In this document: positions 46,884 to 56,840 of the stretch, one piece after another
Layout: each line of letters begins with the position of its first letter
Position numbering within the stretch: position 1 is the stretch's first letter
Assembly: GCA_964621305.1 (NCBI GenBank)
Contig: CAZUOM010000004.1
Location: 14,209-78,208, forward strand
DNA length: 64,000 nt
DNA from: an uncultured Gammaproteobacteria bacterium
Lineage (GTDB): Bacteria; Patescibacteriota; Microgenomatia; UBA10105; UBA927
Direction of reading: 5' to 3'
The notes under the pieces: model-generated
Database searches by the model: none
Told to the model about the DNA's origin: nothing
The model's input: the letters and a program-made list of their open reading frames with translations, nothing else
Translations under genes and position numbers: made by a program

Positions 46884-47315
46884 ATGATCAGGCGGATTGG
46901 GCTGGACAGCATGGTGTTTATCTATTTCTTCGAAAAACGCGAGCCCTACGGATCTATTGCCAGAGACTTTATTGCCCAGATTGAAAACGGTAAGATACTG
47001 GCTGTTACTTCATTCGTCACCATTATTGAAACCCTGTCGGTAGCAAAGCTACAAACCAACCCAGTGTTGTACGACGATATCGTTTCATTTTTTCAAACGA
47101 CCCCATCGTTGACTATAGTCTTTCCTCATTGGGAAGTGTCTTTAGCAACAGCGAGACTGCGGCAGAAGTACTCTAAGCTACGGACACCCGATGCCATTCA
47201 GCTAGCCACAGCAGCTATAGAAAACGTTGATTATCTCGTTACTAACGATAAACGTCTTTTACATCTGCCTCAACCGCCCGTCCCGATTCGTGCTATTCGC
47301 AATCTGGTAGAATGA
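46884..47315 (+). CDS. vapC: PIN-domain toxin (VapC family)
   Basis: Acidic residues in GLDSMV, IIETL, PDAIQLA and TNDKRL. Confidence 0.65.
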   Translation: MIRRIGLDSMVFIYFFEKREPYGSIARDFIAQIENGKILAVTSFVTIIETLSVAKLQTNPVLYDDIVSFFQTTPSLTIVFPHWEVSLATARLRQKYSKLRTPDAIQLATAAIENVDYLVTNDKRLLHLPQPPVPIRAIRNLVE

Positions 47316-48331
47316 GCCTCATGGAAGATACCCTTAAAACCAGAGCTGCCGAAGTACTTGTTAAACTCAACCTTGACCAAAAGCGTAAAGTCATACGTGA
47401 TCTTACGGCGGAAATCTCCCACCCCGATTTCTGGAAAGACAATCAAGCGGCCAAGCAAAAAATGAAGGAGCTCGCTAGCCTCCGAAAGGAGCTTGAAGAT
47501 GGTGAAATGTTTGAGTTTTTGGTTAGCGAAGGAAAAGAAGACGAGGTTATTAGAGAATTGAAGCGTCTTGAGTTTGCACTTTATTTGTCCGGGTCTTACG
47601 ACCGGGGAGATGCAATTTTTGCCATTCATGCAGGCCAAGGAGGAATCGAGGCAATGGACTGGACTGCTATGCTTTACCGAATGTACAGCCGCTACGTCGA
47701 GCGCAAAGGCTGGCAGCTTGAAGAAATTGATTATACGCCGGGAGATGAAGCAGGGATAAAAAGTGTTACTGCAAGTGTTTCTGGGCGATTTGCCTTTGGA
47801 TTTCTTAAAGCTGAAGCGGGTGTGCACAGACTTGTTAGACAATCACCGTTTAATGCTGATAAACTGAGGCAGACTTCATTTGCGATGGTAGAGGTGTTGC
47901 CGGTTATAGGAGAGTCAGTTGAGTTAGAGATTAAAGAGGAAGATCTTGAGTGGGATTTTTACCGAAGTGGAGGCCACGGCGGCCAAAACGTCAACAAAGT
48001 TTCAACCGCCGTACGTCTTCGTCACAAACCCACAGGTATCGTCGTAACTAGCCAAGCACAGCGTTACCAAGGGCAAAACCGTGAGCATGCTCTTACTATT
48101 TTGCGCAGTAAGTTGTGGGAATTGGAACAGAGGAAAAGGTTTGAGGAAGAAAAGTCAATCCGCGGGCAATACAAGACGCCGGGGTGGGGCAATCAAATCC
48201 GTTCTTATGTTCTTCATCCATATCACATGATCAAAGACTTACGCACCAGGCACGAAACCGGCGATACGGATAGGGTGCTGGGCGGGGACATTGAAGACTT
48301 TGTCGTTGCGTACTTGAAAAGTACGGCGTAA
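47312..48331 (+). CDS. prfB: peptide chain release factor 2
   Basis: GGQ motif ([11 protein letters not shown]) and the RF2-specific SPF motif (RQSPFNAD). One continuous ORF, so no programmed frameshift here. Confidence 0.85.
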   Translation: MSLMEDTLKTRAAEVLVKLNLDQKRKVIRDLTAEISHPDFWKDNQAAKQKMKELASLRKELEDGEMFEFLVSEGKEDEVIRELKRLEFALYLSGSYDRGDAIFAIHAGQGGIEAMDWTAMLYRMYSRYVERKGWQLEEIDYTPGDEAGIKSVTASVSGRFAFGFLKAEAGVHRLVRQSPFNADKLRQTSFAMVEVLPVIGESVELEIKEEDLEWDFYRSGGHGGQNVNKVSTAVRLRHKPTGIVVTSQAQRYQGQNREHALTILRSKLWELEQRKRFEEEKSIRGQYKTPGWGNQIRSYVLHPYHMIKDLRTRHETGDTDRVLGGDIEDFVVAYLKSTA

Positions 48332-48348
48332 GGGTTAATAATGAAACC

Positions 48349-48786
48349 ATGAATAATGAGGCAGAAGATCAGTTGTTGAAAACCCTTGAGGAGAAGCAAA
48401 ACATGAAAATTCAACCGGCTATTGTAGGAGTTTATATTATATTAATTACTTTGGGCGTAGCAACAGGATACCTTCTATCAAAAGTGAGCGCTACGAGAGT
48501 CAATGAGAAACCATCAATGGTCAAAACAGATAAAATTGTAGGCATTACAGATACCAAAACGTTTAAAGATTTCGCCGAAGGAATGATCGAAAAAGGCGGT
48601 ATAGATGGAGAAGGCACACACAAGCTTGTTCGCGAGGGAGGCCCATCCCAGACTGCTTTTCTTATTTCTTCTGTCGTTGACCTTGACGAATTTTCTGGCA
48701 AGAAGGTGCGCGTGTGGGGGGAAACGTTCGCTGCAAAAAAAGCCGCGTGGCTTATGGATGTCGGGAAAATTGAACTCCTGCAATGA
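48349..48786 (+). CDS. hypothetical membrane-anchored protein
   Basis: Single N-terminal transmembrane helix. 4-nt overlap with ftsE. Confidence 0.4.
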   Translation: MNNEAEDQLLKTLEEKQNMKIQPAIVGVYIILITLGVATGYLLSKVSATRVNEKPSMVKTDKIVGITDTKTFKDFAEGMIEKGGIDGEGTHKLVREGGPSQTAFLISSVVDLDEFSGKKVRVWGETFAAKKAAWLMDVGKIELLQ

Positions 48787-49475
48787 TTCGCTTCAATGGC
48801 GTTAGCAAATTATATGGCACCAGTAGCGCTTTGTCCGACGTAGCATTTACAATCGGCAAGGGCGAATTTGTCTTTCTTATCGGTTCTTCCGGCGCAGGAA
48901 AAACTACATGTCTTCGCATGATTATCTGTGATATTCTTCCGACGAATGGAAACGTAGAAGTAGATGGTATAGACATCCGGCAGGTGCCTGCCGGCAAAAA
49001 GTACCTCTTGCGGCGGAAGGTTGGGACAGTGTTCCAAGATTTTAAACTTCTTCCTGACCGGACCATCTATGAAAATGTTGCCCTTGCATTGGAAATTCTT
49101 GGAAGAAAAGATGCGGAGGTAAAGAAAGATGTCCATGATGTTCTTGGGCTGGTGGGGTTGGGGGGGAAAGCCGCGATGTTCCCGCGGCAGTTATCAGCTG
49201 GAGAGCTACAGCGCACCAGTATAGCACGCGCTATCGCCGGTGGACCGACAATTTTACTGGCTGATGAGCCCACAGGTAACTTGGACCCGCAGACAGCAGA
49301 AGAAATTCTCCGGATTCTTGTCGAGATTAATAAAATAGGAACGACCGTACTCATGGCTACCCACAACGCTATGGTGGTTAACGAATTAAAAAAACGAACG
49401 ATTACGCTCGAAAATGGGCGGCTCGTTAGCGATGAAGCAAAAGGCAGGTATCACCTCTCAAAAAGGAAATCATGA
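48783..49475 (+). CDS. ftsE: cell division ABC ATPase FtsE
   Basis: GSSGAGKTT, LSAGELQRTSIARA, LLADEPTGNLD. Confidence 0.85.
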   Translation: MIRFNGVSKLYGTSSALSDVAFTIGKGEFVFLIGSSGAGKTTCLRMIICDILPTNGNVEVDGIDIRQVPAGKKYLLRRKVGTVFQDFKLLPDRTIYENVALALEILGRKDAEVKKDVHDVLGLVGLGGKAAMFPRQLSAGELQRTSIARAIAGGPTILLADEPTGNLDPQTAEEILRILVEINKIGTTVLMATHNAMVVNELKKRTITLENGRLVSDEAKGRYHLSKRKS

Positions 49476-50371
49476 AACTACTTACCATAACTGGAACGCA
49501 TATTCGAAGATCACCATATCAGGCATTGGCGGCAATCCTCACGATGTTATTGACCATGCTATTGGCCGGGTTCTTTTTTGTAACCTCTGTCGCTTCGGTG
49601 GTCGTGCTCAAATACTTTGAGGGCAAGCCTCAAATTACGGTCTTTTTTACGGATAAGACAGAAGTAACTGAAGTGGATGCACTCCAGCGGAAGCTTGTGG
49701 CAACGGGGAAAACTTCAGGAATAAAATATATTTCTAAAGAAGAGGCGCTGGCTATCTATCGCCAACAGAATAAAAACGACCCTTTGCTTCTGGAGATGGT
49801 CACTGCAGAAATTTTGCCTGCGTCGCTTGAGATTTCCGCCACCAACCCCTCGTACCTTCGGGATCTTGAAGAGGTCATTGCCGGATCCCAAGGAGTTGAA
49901 GAAGTAGTTTTCCAGCAAGATGTTGTCGATTCCCTCTTGGCCTGGACCCGGGCCATTCGCATTGTTGGCGGCATACTGGCAGGACTATTAGCCATTGATT
50001 CGCTTCTGGTGGTTATGACCATTATCGGTATGAAGATAGCATTAAAAAAAACGGAAGTAGAAATTTTAACCTTGGTTGGGGCCTCTCCCTGGTACATCCG
50101 TGCGCCGTTTCTTTTGGAAGGTGGGCTCTATGGAGCATTTGGCGCTCTTGCCGCTTGGGGCATCATCATCGGAGGGGTACTGTGGCTGCGAGCTGGACTG
50201 CTGACATTTTTAGGAATTCCGGCTATTGCCGAAGTTTTACAACATCCTATGAGTGCCGGTTTTTTGTTTCCGGCGTTCTTGCTGTTTGCGATTATGATCT
50301 GCGTCGGTTTTTCCCTCGGCATTTTCGGCAGTTTCGTTGCAGTAAGCCGCTACCTGCAGTCTGAACGATAA
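49472..50371 (+). CDS. ftsX: cell division permease-like protein FtsX
   Basis: TM1, a large periplasmic loop, then three C-terminal transmembrane helices. Follows ftsE. Confidence 0.8.
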   Translation: MKLLTITGTHIRRSPYQALAAILTMLLTMLLAGFFFVTSVASVVVLKYFEGKPQITVFFTDKTEVTEVDALQRKLVATGKTSGIKYISKEEALAIYRQQNKNDPLLLEMVTAEILPASLEISATNPSYLRDLEEVIAGSQGVEEVVFQQDVVDSLLAWTRAIRIVGGILAGLLAIDSLLVVMTIIGMKIALKKTEVEILTLVGASPWYIRAPFLLEGGLYGAFGALAAWGIIIGGVLWLRAGLLTFLGIPAIAEVLQHPMSAGFLFPAFLLFAIMICVGFSLGIFGSFVAVSRYLQSER

Positions 50372-50375
50372 CTCC

Positions 50376-51488
50376 ATGAAGCTTTTGGTTTTAGTCGTTG
50401 CTCTTGGATTCGTTTTGATAGTTGTACAGCCGGCGGCGGCGCAGACAATTGCTGAGCTTCAGGCGAAAATTGTGGAGCTGGAAGGTCAGGCAAGCTCGCT
50501 TTCTAAAGAAATATCGCTGAAAAACTCTCAAATTTCCTTAACCCAGCTCAAAATGAGTTCGACGAGAATTTCTATAGATAAACTGGCAAAAGAAATAGAC
50601 GAGCTTACCGCTCAAATAGAACAACTCGAAGAACTCAAAACCAAGAGACTTGAATTAGCTCTCCATCGTGCGCCGGAAGCATATAAACGACGGAGCCAGC
50701 TCTTGATTGGGTTTTTATTCCTGGGTCAAAATTTTTCCAACATGCTTTCACGTGTCAAATACCTTGCGCGGGTGCAAGAAGTCGACGCACAACTGTATAA
50801 ACAGCTTCAGCTTACTCAAGTCAGATATAATGAGCGCAAGGATGCGCGGGAGAAAAAGAAAGCAGAATTAGAAGCACTTAAACAGCAACTGGAGGCCCAA
50901 ACGCGAGATCTGGAACAAAGAAAAAAAGAGAAGCAGGTTCTTTTGGATCAGACAAAAAATAGTGAAGCGGTCTATCAGCAATTGCTGGCGCAGGCGTTGG
51001 CGGAAAAAAGGGCACTGGAGCAAGCGCTCGTTGACGCAGTGAAAATCGGTCCAGTCAAAAAAGGCGATCCGATAGCACTGGTAGGCAACACAGGATATCC
51101 GGGCTGTTCTACTGGGCCGCATCTTCATTTTGAAATCAGGAAGAACAACGTTTGGACGGATCCAGGAGAGTATATTAGCGCCAAAACCGTAAAAGACGAA
51201 CAGGACGGCGGCGATCGGTTAGTGGGACGCGGTTCTTGGGACTGGCCACTTGCGGACACCATAAGGCTAACCCAGTACTTCGGCAGGACGCCGTATTCGT
51301 GGCGCTATACTTATTCCGGAGGCGTTCATACGGGCATTGATATGGTTTCAACATCTACGGAAGTAGTCCGTGCGCCCAAAGACGGTATGCTCTATTCGTC
51401 AAGTCAATCCTGCGGTAGCAGTATCATAAAAATAAAATACATAGACCACAGCGATAGCCTCTTGAGTTTTTATCTTCATGTGCAGTAG
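50376..51488 (+). CDS. EnvC-like coiled-coil protein with M23/LytM peptidase motifs in permuted order
   Basis: Signal peptide, a long coiled-coil, then [18 protein letters not shown] (the HxH part of M23), then [12 protein letters not shown] (the HxxxD part) at the C-terminus. Confidence 0.6.
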   Translation: MKLLVLVVALGFVLIVVQPAAAQTIAELQAKIVELEGQASSLSKEISLKNSQISLTQLKMSSTRISIDKLAKEIDELTAQIEQLEELKTKRLELALHRAPEAYKRRSQLLIGFLFLGQNFSNMLSRVKYLARVQEVDAQLYKQLQLTQVRYNERKDAREKKKAELEALKQQLEAQTRDLEQRKKEKQVLLDQTKNSEAVYQQLLAQALAEKRALEQALVDAVKIGPVKKGDPIALVGNTGYPGCSTGPHLHFEIRKNNVWTDPGEYISAKTVKDEQDGGDRLVGRGSWDWPLADTIRLTQYFGRTPYSWRYTYSGGVHTGIDMVSTSTEVVRAPKDGMLYSSSQSCGSSIIKIKYIDHSDSLLSFYLHVQ

Positions 51489-52290
51489 TATAGATAGCGC
51501 TATTAAAGTACTATACGTATTTATTATTGTTGTATTCTTCCTTCTTCCTCAACAGGTTTCCGCAGCTGTTGTTATTAATGAGTTTCAATTAGAACCTTCG
51601 GGAGCTTCTCAATGGGCGGAAATTCTCAATACCGGACCGGATTCAGTGAATATTTCCGGTTGGTTTATTGACGACAATGGAGGATCAGAAAAATATACAA
51701 TCCCTTCTGGAAGTATCATTTCTGCAAATACGTGTATATCTTTCCAGAGCGGAAATTTTAACTGGAATACCGCATCTAGCGACAGCGCACGCTTGCTTAA
51801 TGGTTTGACAGTTGTTGATGAATATTCTTTTTCTGAAAGTCCAGGTAGCGGGGTTTCTTATGGAAGATCGCCAGACGGAACAGGAAGCTTCACAACATTT
51901 ACTAGTCCGACACGCGATAAGGTTAATTCAACTGGTCAATCATGTTTAGCGCCACCGACACCAACTCCCACGCCAACATCCACACCAACTCCTACTTTAA
52001 CTCCGACTCCTACGCCCACGCCGGGGCCCACGGTGACGCCGACTCCTACGCCCACAAAAACTCCGACTCCGACTCCTACCCGAACCCTAACGCCGGCACC
52101 AACCTTAATTGAGTTACCACCCGAATCAACCGCGACCGTATTGGGAGCCAAAGAAGACAACCCAGAACCAGAGGAGCCAAGGCCAATACAGCCCTTTATC
52201 ATTTCTTTACTTCTCATATCGTTTGGGTTGGCGATTTTGTCTCTTCTGTTGCTGGTTAAAAAATTACCAAAACTCATCAAACATTTCTAG
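51478..52290 (+). CDS. cell-surface protein: lamin-tail-domain (LTD) plus Pro/Thr-rich linker plus C-terminal transmembrane anchor
   Basis: Signal peptide. [32 protein letters not shown] signature. (PT)n linker. C-terminal hydrophobic helix followed by KKLPK. Confidence 0.55.
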   Translation: MCSSIDSAIKVLYVFIIVVFFLLPQQVSAAVVINEFQLEPSGASQWAEILNTGPDSVNISGWFIDDNGGSEKYTIPSGSIISANTCISFQSGNFNWNTASSDSARLLNGLTVVDEYSFSESPGSGVSYGRSPDGTGSFTTFTSPTRDKVNSTGQSCLAPPTPTPTPTSTPTPTLTPTPTPTPGPTVTPTPTPTKTPTPTPTRTLTPAPTLIELPPESTATVLGAKEDNPEPEEPRPIQPFIISLLLISFGLAILSLLLLVKKLPKLIKHF

Positions 52291-52312
52291 AAGAAGCTGG
52301 TATACTGCACGG

Positions 52313-52726
52313 ATGAAGCTAGTTGGGATTTGGTTGCCGTCAGTTGCTTGGATGTCTATTATTTTTCTTTTATCCTCGCGTCAGCGTGTGGAGATCTCAG
52401 ATCAAGAGGCAATAAACTTTTTATTTTTCAAAACATTACACCTCATTGAGTACGCAATCTTATTTTCCCTCAATGTCCGTGCGTTACGTTTATCTTTTTC
52501 AAAAGAGCGATTGAAAAAAGTTTTAACAACAGCAGCGACTCTTACAATTGTCTATGCGTTCACCGATGAGATTCACCAACTTTATGTGCCTACCCGGGAG
52601 GGGAAGTTGACCGATGTTATAATTGATGGCATTGGAGTAGCACTTACATGGATATTCATAACCCGATTATTACCAAAAACGCCCAAGAAGCTGCGCGTGT
52701 GGGTCAAGCGTTGGCCGGTGAGGTAG
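52313..52726 (+). CDS. VanZ-family membrane protein
   Basis: HLIEYAILFSL...DEIHQLYVPTREGKLTDVIIDGIG pattern. Start at the internal ATG 52313. Confidence 0.55.
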   Translation: MKLVGIWLPSVAWMSIIFLLSSRQRVEISDQEAINFLFFKTLHLIEYAILFSLNVRALRLSFSKERLKKVLTTAATLTIVYAFTDEIHQLYVPTREGKLTDVIIDGIGVALTWIFITRLLPKTPKKLRVWVKRWPVR

Positions 52727-53100
52727 TTGAAATGGGACAGAGTGCGGCAATCATTTGCCTGTATGGGGAATTGGGAAGCGGGAAGACGACATTTGCGCAG
52801 GGATTTGCAAAAGGATTAGGTATTGGCTCCCGCCTCCTTTCCCCTACCTTCATTATTGTACGACGTTATCAAATTCCAAAGTCATCCAAGTTTTTTTATC
52901 ACATTGATCTTTATAGAATACAGACAAAAGAGGAGTTGGAAGGCCTTGGACTAAGGGAAATTTTTGCCGAGCCGTCAGCAACTATTATTATTGAATGGGC
53001 CGACCGGCTTGAAAAACTTCTACCCAAAAAAAGGATTGACGTTTACTTCTCCTTGATGGGTTTGACCAAGCGAGAGATTACGATTAAAAAAATTTCCTGA
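52648..53100 (+). CDS. tsaE: tRNA threonylcarbamoyladenosine biosynthesis protein TsaE (YjeE ATPase)
   Basis: P-loop LYGELGSGKTTF. Confidence 0.75.
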   Translation: MDIHNPIITKNAQEAARVGQALAGEVVEMGQSAAIICLYGELGSGKTTFAQGFAKGLGIGSRLLSPTFIIVRRYQIPKSSKFFYHIDLYRIQTKEELEGLGLREIFAEPSATIIIEWADRLEKLLPKKRIDVYFSLMGLTKREITIKKIS

Positions 53101-53108
53101 GTCTGCAA

Positions 53109-54065
53109 TTATTTGCCAAACACTTCTGCTCTGTTTCGAATTTTTAATCCCGTATCCTGTTGCAGGATATCTCTTCCAGAAAATTTAAACTCGTTCCATT
53201 CGGGCTTCATGGCCCAGCGAAGCGCAGTTGCGTAAAGACACAGGGGGCCACAATCTTCAGCATTAAACTGGACTTTTGTCTGTTTTGCCGCATACAATTC
53301 TGGGTGGTCTGCTAGTTCTTGATCTCCGGATAAGCTCAGGTCATATGATTTATTTTTTAGCATCTCAACAGCTAATTCATTGGCATAGACTGCAGCTTGC
53401 GATCCTTTAAATATTTCATCTGGGTCAGCGGCTGTTTCAGACCATTTCGATAAATCCATCCATTCTTCATTGTTCTGTGTTGGATTATATGTCAGGACAC
53501 GCCATCCTTTTGCTGTTCTTTCCGGCGCACGCAAACAAAGCACCCAATGGGTACCGGCACTCCGATAAAAAACCATAGGCAATTGCCATCGTTGCGCAAG
53601 TGCAAAAAGGTCTGATCCAGAGAACCATTCTCCGTTGTTGTATGAACTATGAGTAGGTGAGCTAATGGTTGTTTTAGCAATGAGATCTTTCATTTTTGGT
53701 CGTAGGCTTGAGACAAAGATACTGGCGGCCTCTCTGTTTGTTTGTGACGTGATATAAAGACTGGCTAAAGCGTCTTCGTATCCAGGATGTGCTACAGCAT
53801 AATCGTGAGCATCATCTACTGTTATTACTATCCTATTTTTTGGGTTTTCACCTTCTTGATTAAGTACTCGAATCAACGATCGGATACCTGCTAATTCTTC
53901 AGGCGTATCGAAATCTTCTGGTTGTAAAATTTTAATTTGGTCTTGTATAGCCTTGGTATCAGCCAGGACTGTGTTTTCATTCGCACGGTGGTACCAAGGA
54001 AGTATTTGAATTGGGACATCTTGTCTTCGACGTCCATGCAAAACATCAGCCAATTTATCTAGCAT
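53109..54065 (-). CDS. hypothetical protein with a papain-like thiol motif (DCGPLCLYA)
   Basis: 318 aa with no recognisable family. The His (THWVL) precedes the Cys motif. Lies on the opposite strand, inside the tsa gene neighbourhood. Confidence 0.45.
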   Translation of the reverse strand: MLDKLADVLHGRRRQDVPIQILPWYHRANENTVLADTKAIQDQIKILQPEDFDTPEELAGIRSLIRVLNQEGENPKNRIVITVDDAHDYAVAHPGYEDALASLYITSQTNREAASIFVSSLRPKMKDLIAKTTISSPTHSSYNNGEWFSGSDLFALAQRWQLPMVFYRSAGTHWVLCLRAPERTAKGWRVLTYNPTQNNEEWMDLSKWSETAADPDEIFKGSQAAVYANELAVEMLKNKSYDLSLSGDQELADHPELYAAKQTKVQFNAEDCGPLCLYATALRWAMKPEWNEFKFSGRDILQQDTGLKIRNRAEVFGK

Positions 54066-54111
54066 ATAGTCTTGTATAGTACTAATAAAAAAACATACAA
54101 TCCTACTGAGT

Positions 54112-54705
54112 ATGAATGATGATTATATCATAGCACTTGCCGTTCAGGTACTAAAAGAAGGGGGAATTGTCATCTATCCGACGGATACGGCTTTCGGCAT
54201 AGGGTGCAGGATCGACCGGCCTCGTGCTGTTGATCGACTATTTAAAATTCGTAATCGACCGTTCACACAGGCGACACCTGTTTTAATTAACACTAAAGAG
54301 ACGGCCATCGCCTATTTTGATAACCCTCCAGAAATTGTGCGACGTTTTATGAGGGAGTATTGGCCGGGAGCGCTCACAATCGTTGCCAAATGTAAGAAAA
54401 ATCTTGTTGACTCCCCTATCCGTGGGGGCGGCGAAACTATTGGCGTTCGAATGCCCGACCATGAAACTGCCTTGTCAATCATTAGAGGAGTCGGTGTACC
54501 GATTTTGGGTCCATCTGCCAACTTTCACGGCGGCCCCACCCCCTACCGGCAGGAAGACCTCGATCCGGATCTAGTTAAACTCGTTGATCTAGTAGTTCCT
54601 GGAAAATGCAAATTCGGCAACGTCTCCACCGTCATCGACTGTTCCGTTTCGCCCTACAAAATTATCCGCCAGGGGGCGGTGAGATTACACCCAGGGGTGG
54701 TATAA
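54112..54705 (+). CDS. tsaC: L-threonylcarbamoyladenylate synthase TsaC/YrdC/Sua5 domain
   Basis: GGIVIYPTDTAFGIGC motif. Confidence 0.75.
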   Translation: MNDDYIIALAVQVLKEGGIVIYPTDTAFGIGCRIDRPRAVDRLFKIRNRPFTQATPVLINTKETAIAYFDNPPEIVRRFMREYWPGALTIVAKCKKNLVDSPIRGGGETIGVRMPDHETALSIIRGVGVPILGPSANFHGGPTPYRQEDLDPDLVKLVDLVVPGKCKFGNVSTVIDCSVSPYKIIRQGAVRLHPGVV

Positions 54706-54712
54706 TACGTGT

Positions 54713-55009
54713 ATGTGGAACTGGTCAGTGGATGAAAAAGCGTTTAAAAAGCGCGATCCGGCGGGGTACAGGTTGTGGCGACTTGAACAGCTTATTAACT
54801 ACGGCCTCGACGGGGAAAAATTGAGCGAAAAGGAAGTCAAAAAGGCATGGCCGAAAATCAAAGATCGCCTTGATCCTGACAGTCGAAAGGCGATAGAATT
54901 CTATCTATGGGGCAAATCGTGGCGGCTGGAACCGGGCTTACGCCCAGACAGAAAAAATTTCTGGCAGTGGTACTTCAAACGCCATATTTCCTCAAACGTT
55001 TCTACCTGA
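54713..55009 (+). CDS. hypothetical small protein (possible partner of the downstream nucleotidyltransferase toxin)
   Basis: 98-aa ORF overlapping the start of the AbiEii-like gene. No motif recognised. Confidence 0.25.
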   Translation: MWNWSVDEKAFKKRDPAGYRLWRLEQLINYGLDGEKLSEKEVKKAWPKIKDRLDPDSRKAIEFYLWGKSWRLEPGLRPDRKNFWQWYFKRHISSNVST

Positions 55010-55587
55010 CTGGAGGAACTGCTTTAAGCTACTGGTATCTTCATCACCGGGTTTCGAATGACATAGATTTCTTTAGCGAGCAAGAAGTAAATGTATCGTA
55101 TATTAACCAGTGGTTAGCAGAGAGACAAAAAGTCATTGGTTATTCAGATTTAACTCATAGCCAGCAGTTTGGTTTTAATACATATCAGTTGAAATTTCCT
55201 GACCGTGAAATTCTTAAAGTGGATTTTAACTATTACCCTTCTGAACGAATTGAACGCGGCGTGACCTGGAAAGGCTTGATGATCGATAGTCTCTATGATA
55301 TTGCAGTCAACAAGTTTTATACAATAGCGACGAGCCCTCGAGCAAGAGATTACGTTGATCTATATAGCATCTTGAAAGAAGATCAATGGACTTTGGAACA
55401 ACTTAGAAAAGATTCTGTCATAAAATTTGGTATCCATGTTGAAATTCTTCTTATTGCAAGGCAACTTCTTCGTGTTAAAGAATTTACTGAAATACCACAA
55501 ATGCTTATCCCCGTAGATCGGCATAAAATGGAGGAGTTTTTCGTGGGCCTTGCAAAATCCCTAAAGCCTAAGATATTTAAACCGTAA
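54907..55587 (+). CDS. AbiEii/AbiGii-type nucleotidyltransferase toxin family protein
   Basis: N-terminal LTPRQKKFLAVVLQTPYFLKRFYLTGGTALSYWYLHHRVSNDIDFF matches the family signature (GGTAL...HR.S.DiDFF). Confidence 0.55.
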   Translation: MGQIVAAGTGLTPRQKKFLAVVLQTPYFLKRFYLTGGTALSYWYLHHRVSNDIDFFSEQEVNVSYINQWLAERQKVIGYSDLTHSQQFGFNTYQLKFPDREILKVDFNYYPSERIERGVTWKGLMIDSLYDIAVNKFYTIATSPRARDYVDLYSILKEDQWTLEQLRKDSVIKFGIHVEILLIARQLLRVKEFTEIPQMLIPVDRHKMEEFFVGLAKSLKPKIFKP

Positions 55588-55596
55588 TCGACTCAA

Positions 55597-55923
55597 ATGA
55601 AGGCTGTCCTTTTTATCGACACTTCAAGCTCGGAACAAATCAAAGTCTCACTTGAGCTGAACGGTAAAAAATTTGAAAAGACGGCGGAGAGGCCTTCTCA
55701 CGCACAGATGGTGCTGCCGATGATTGAGGAGATTCTCAAGAATCATAAAATAAAGCTTTCTGAAATCTCAGAAATTAAGGTAAATACTCACCCCGGTTCT
55801 TTTACCGGTATTAGAGTCGGGATTGCGGTGGCGCAGATGCTCGGCAAGCTTCTCAACATTTCGGTCAACGGGAAACCTGCTGGAGAGGTTCAGGCGACCT
55901 ATCAGGAATCAAAGTGGGAATAG
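55597..55923 (+). CDS. tsaB: tRNA t6A biosynthesis protein TsaB (compact form)
   Basis: FIDTSS...HPGSFTGIRVGIAVAQML resembles the YeaZ N-terminal domain. Only 108 aa. Confidence 0.55.
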   Translation: MKAVLFIDTSSSEQIKVSLELNGKKFEKTAERPSHAQMVLPMIEEILKNHKIKLSEISEIKVNTHPGSFTGIRVGIAVAQMLGKLLNISVNGKPAGEVQATYQESKWE

Positions 55924-56837
55924 TGTATTATGGATATAGTATGCCCGAATTTGTTCTTCATTTCTTAACTCCCAATCACACCAATAACCACCGAGCGCGA
56001 GTCTTGCATCTTGACGCGCTACTTTTTTATGTTTTGGCATTTGCGGTGTTTCATCTTGGGATTCAGTGGTTACGCCACGTTCGGCCTGATGTGCTTGGCT
56101 ATGCTACAGATATTCATCTGGAACAGCTTTTGGCAGCAACTAATGCGAAGCGAAAGGAAGCAGGGTTATCAGATCTACAACTTAACAACGAGCTTTCACA
56201 GGCGGCGGCACAAAAAGCCAAAGATATGTTTGCCAATAACTATTGGGCGCACTTTGCCCCAGATGGCAAGACGCCGTGGGATTTTGTTAGTTCTTCTGGA
56301 TATAAATATGCCATCGCCGGTGAAAATCTCGCAAAAAACTTCTCGACAAGTACGGCGGTTGTGGACGCATGGATGGCTTCACCCACCCACAGGGAGAATA
56401 TCGTGAAATCAGAATATCGCGACGTCGGCTTTGCCATCGTCAACGGAGTCCTCGCTGGTGAAGAAACGACGCTGGTGGTTCAAATGTTTGGAGCAACATC
56501 AGCAGAACTTGCCCAAGCAGCCCCGGCGCCAGTTAAGCGGCCTGAAGTGCCAACAACCAGTGCTTCTATTGGCCAAGTCGCCGTAACGCAGGAAAAACCT
56601 TCTGCCCTTGCTGTCGTTGGATCTGCCGTCATCAAGCCAGTGATTGACGCCGCCACACTCACTCACACAATCACGTTTCTTTTTATCGGATTTCTCTTAG
56701 GGGTGCTGGCTATCGATTTTTGGCTCGTCCGGCAGCGTAAACTTGTACGTTTAACCGGTCATACAGTGGGACATCTCGTATTTTTTAGTTCTTTGCTTAT
56801 TTTGACGGGAGCCATAACCCGAGGTAGCATTTTATAA
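55914..56837 (+). CDS. CAP/SCP (PR-1-like, YkwD-type) domain protein with transmembrane segments
   Basis: NYWAHF..GENLAKNFSTSTAVVDAWMASPTHRENIV CAP motifs. Confidence 0.6.
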   Translation: MGIVYYGYSMPEFVLHFLTPNHTNNHRARVLHLDALLFYVLAFAVFHLGIQWLRHVRPDVLGYATDIHLEQLLAATNAKRKEAGLSDLQLNNELSQAAAQKAKDMFANNYWAHFAPDGKTPWDFVSSSGYKYAIAGENLAKNFSTSTAVVDAWMASPTHRENIVKSEYRDVGFAIVNGVLAGEETTLVVQMFGATSAELAQAAPAPVKRPEVPTTSASIGQVAVTQEKPSALAVVGSAVIKPVIDAATLTHTITFLFIGFLLGVLAIDFWLVRQRKLVRLTGHTVGHLVFFSSLLILTGAITRGSIL

Positions 56838-56840
56838 TAT

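Noticed and set aside
47312-48331. Programmed +1 frameshift expected in prfB
   Set aside because: Looked for the CUU-UGA-C shift site and an interrupted frame. prfB here is one continuous 339-codon ORF, so no frameshift is present.
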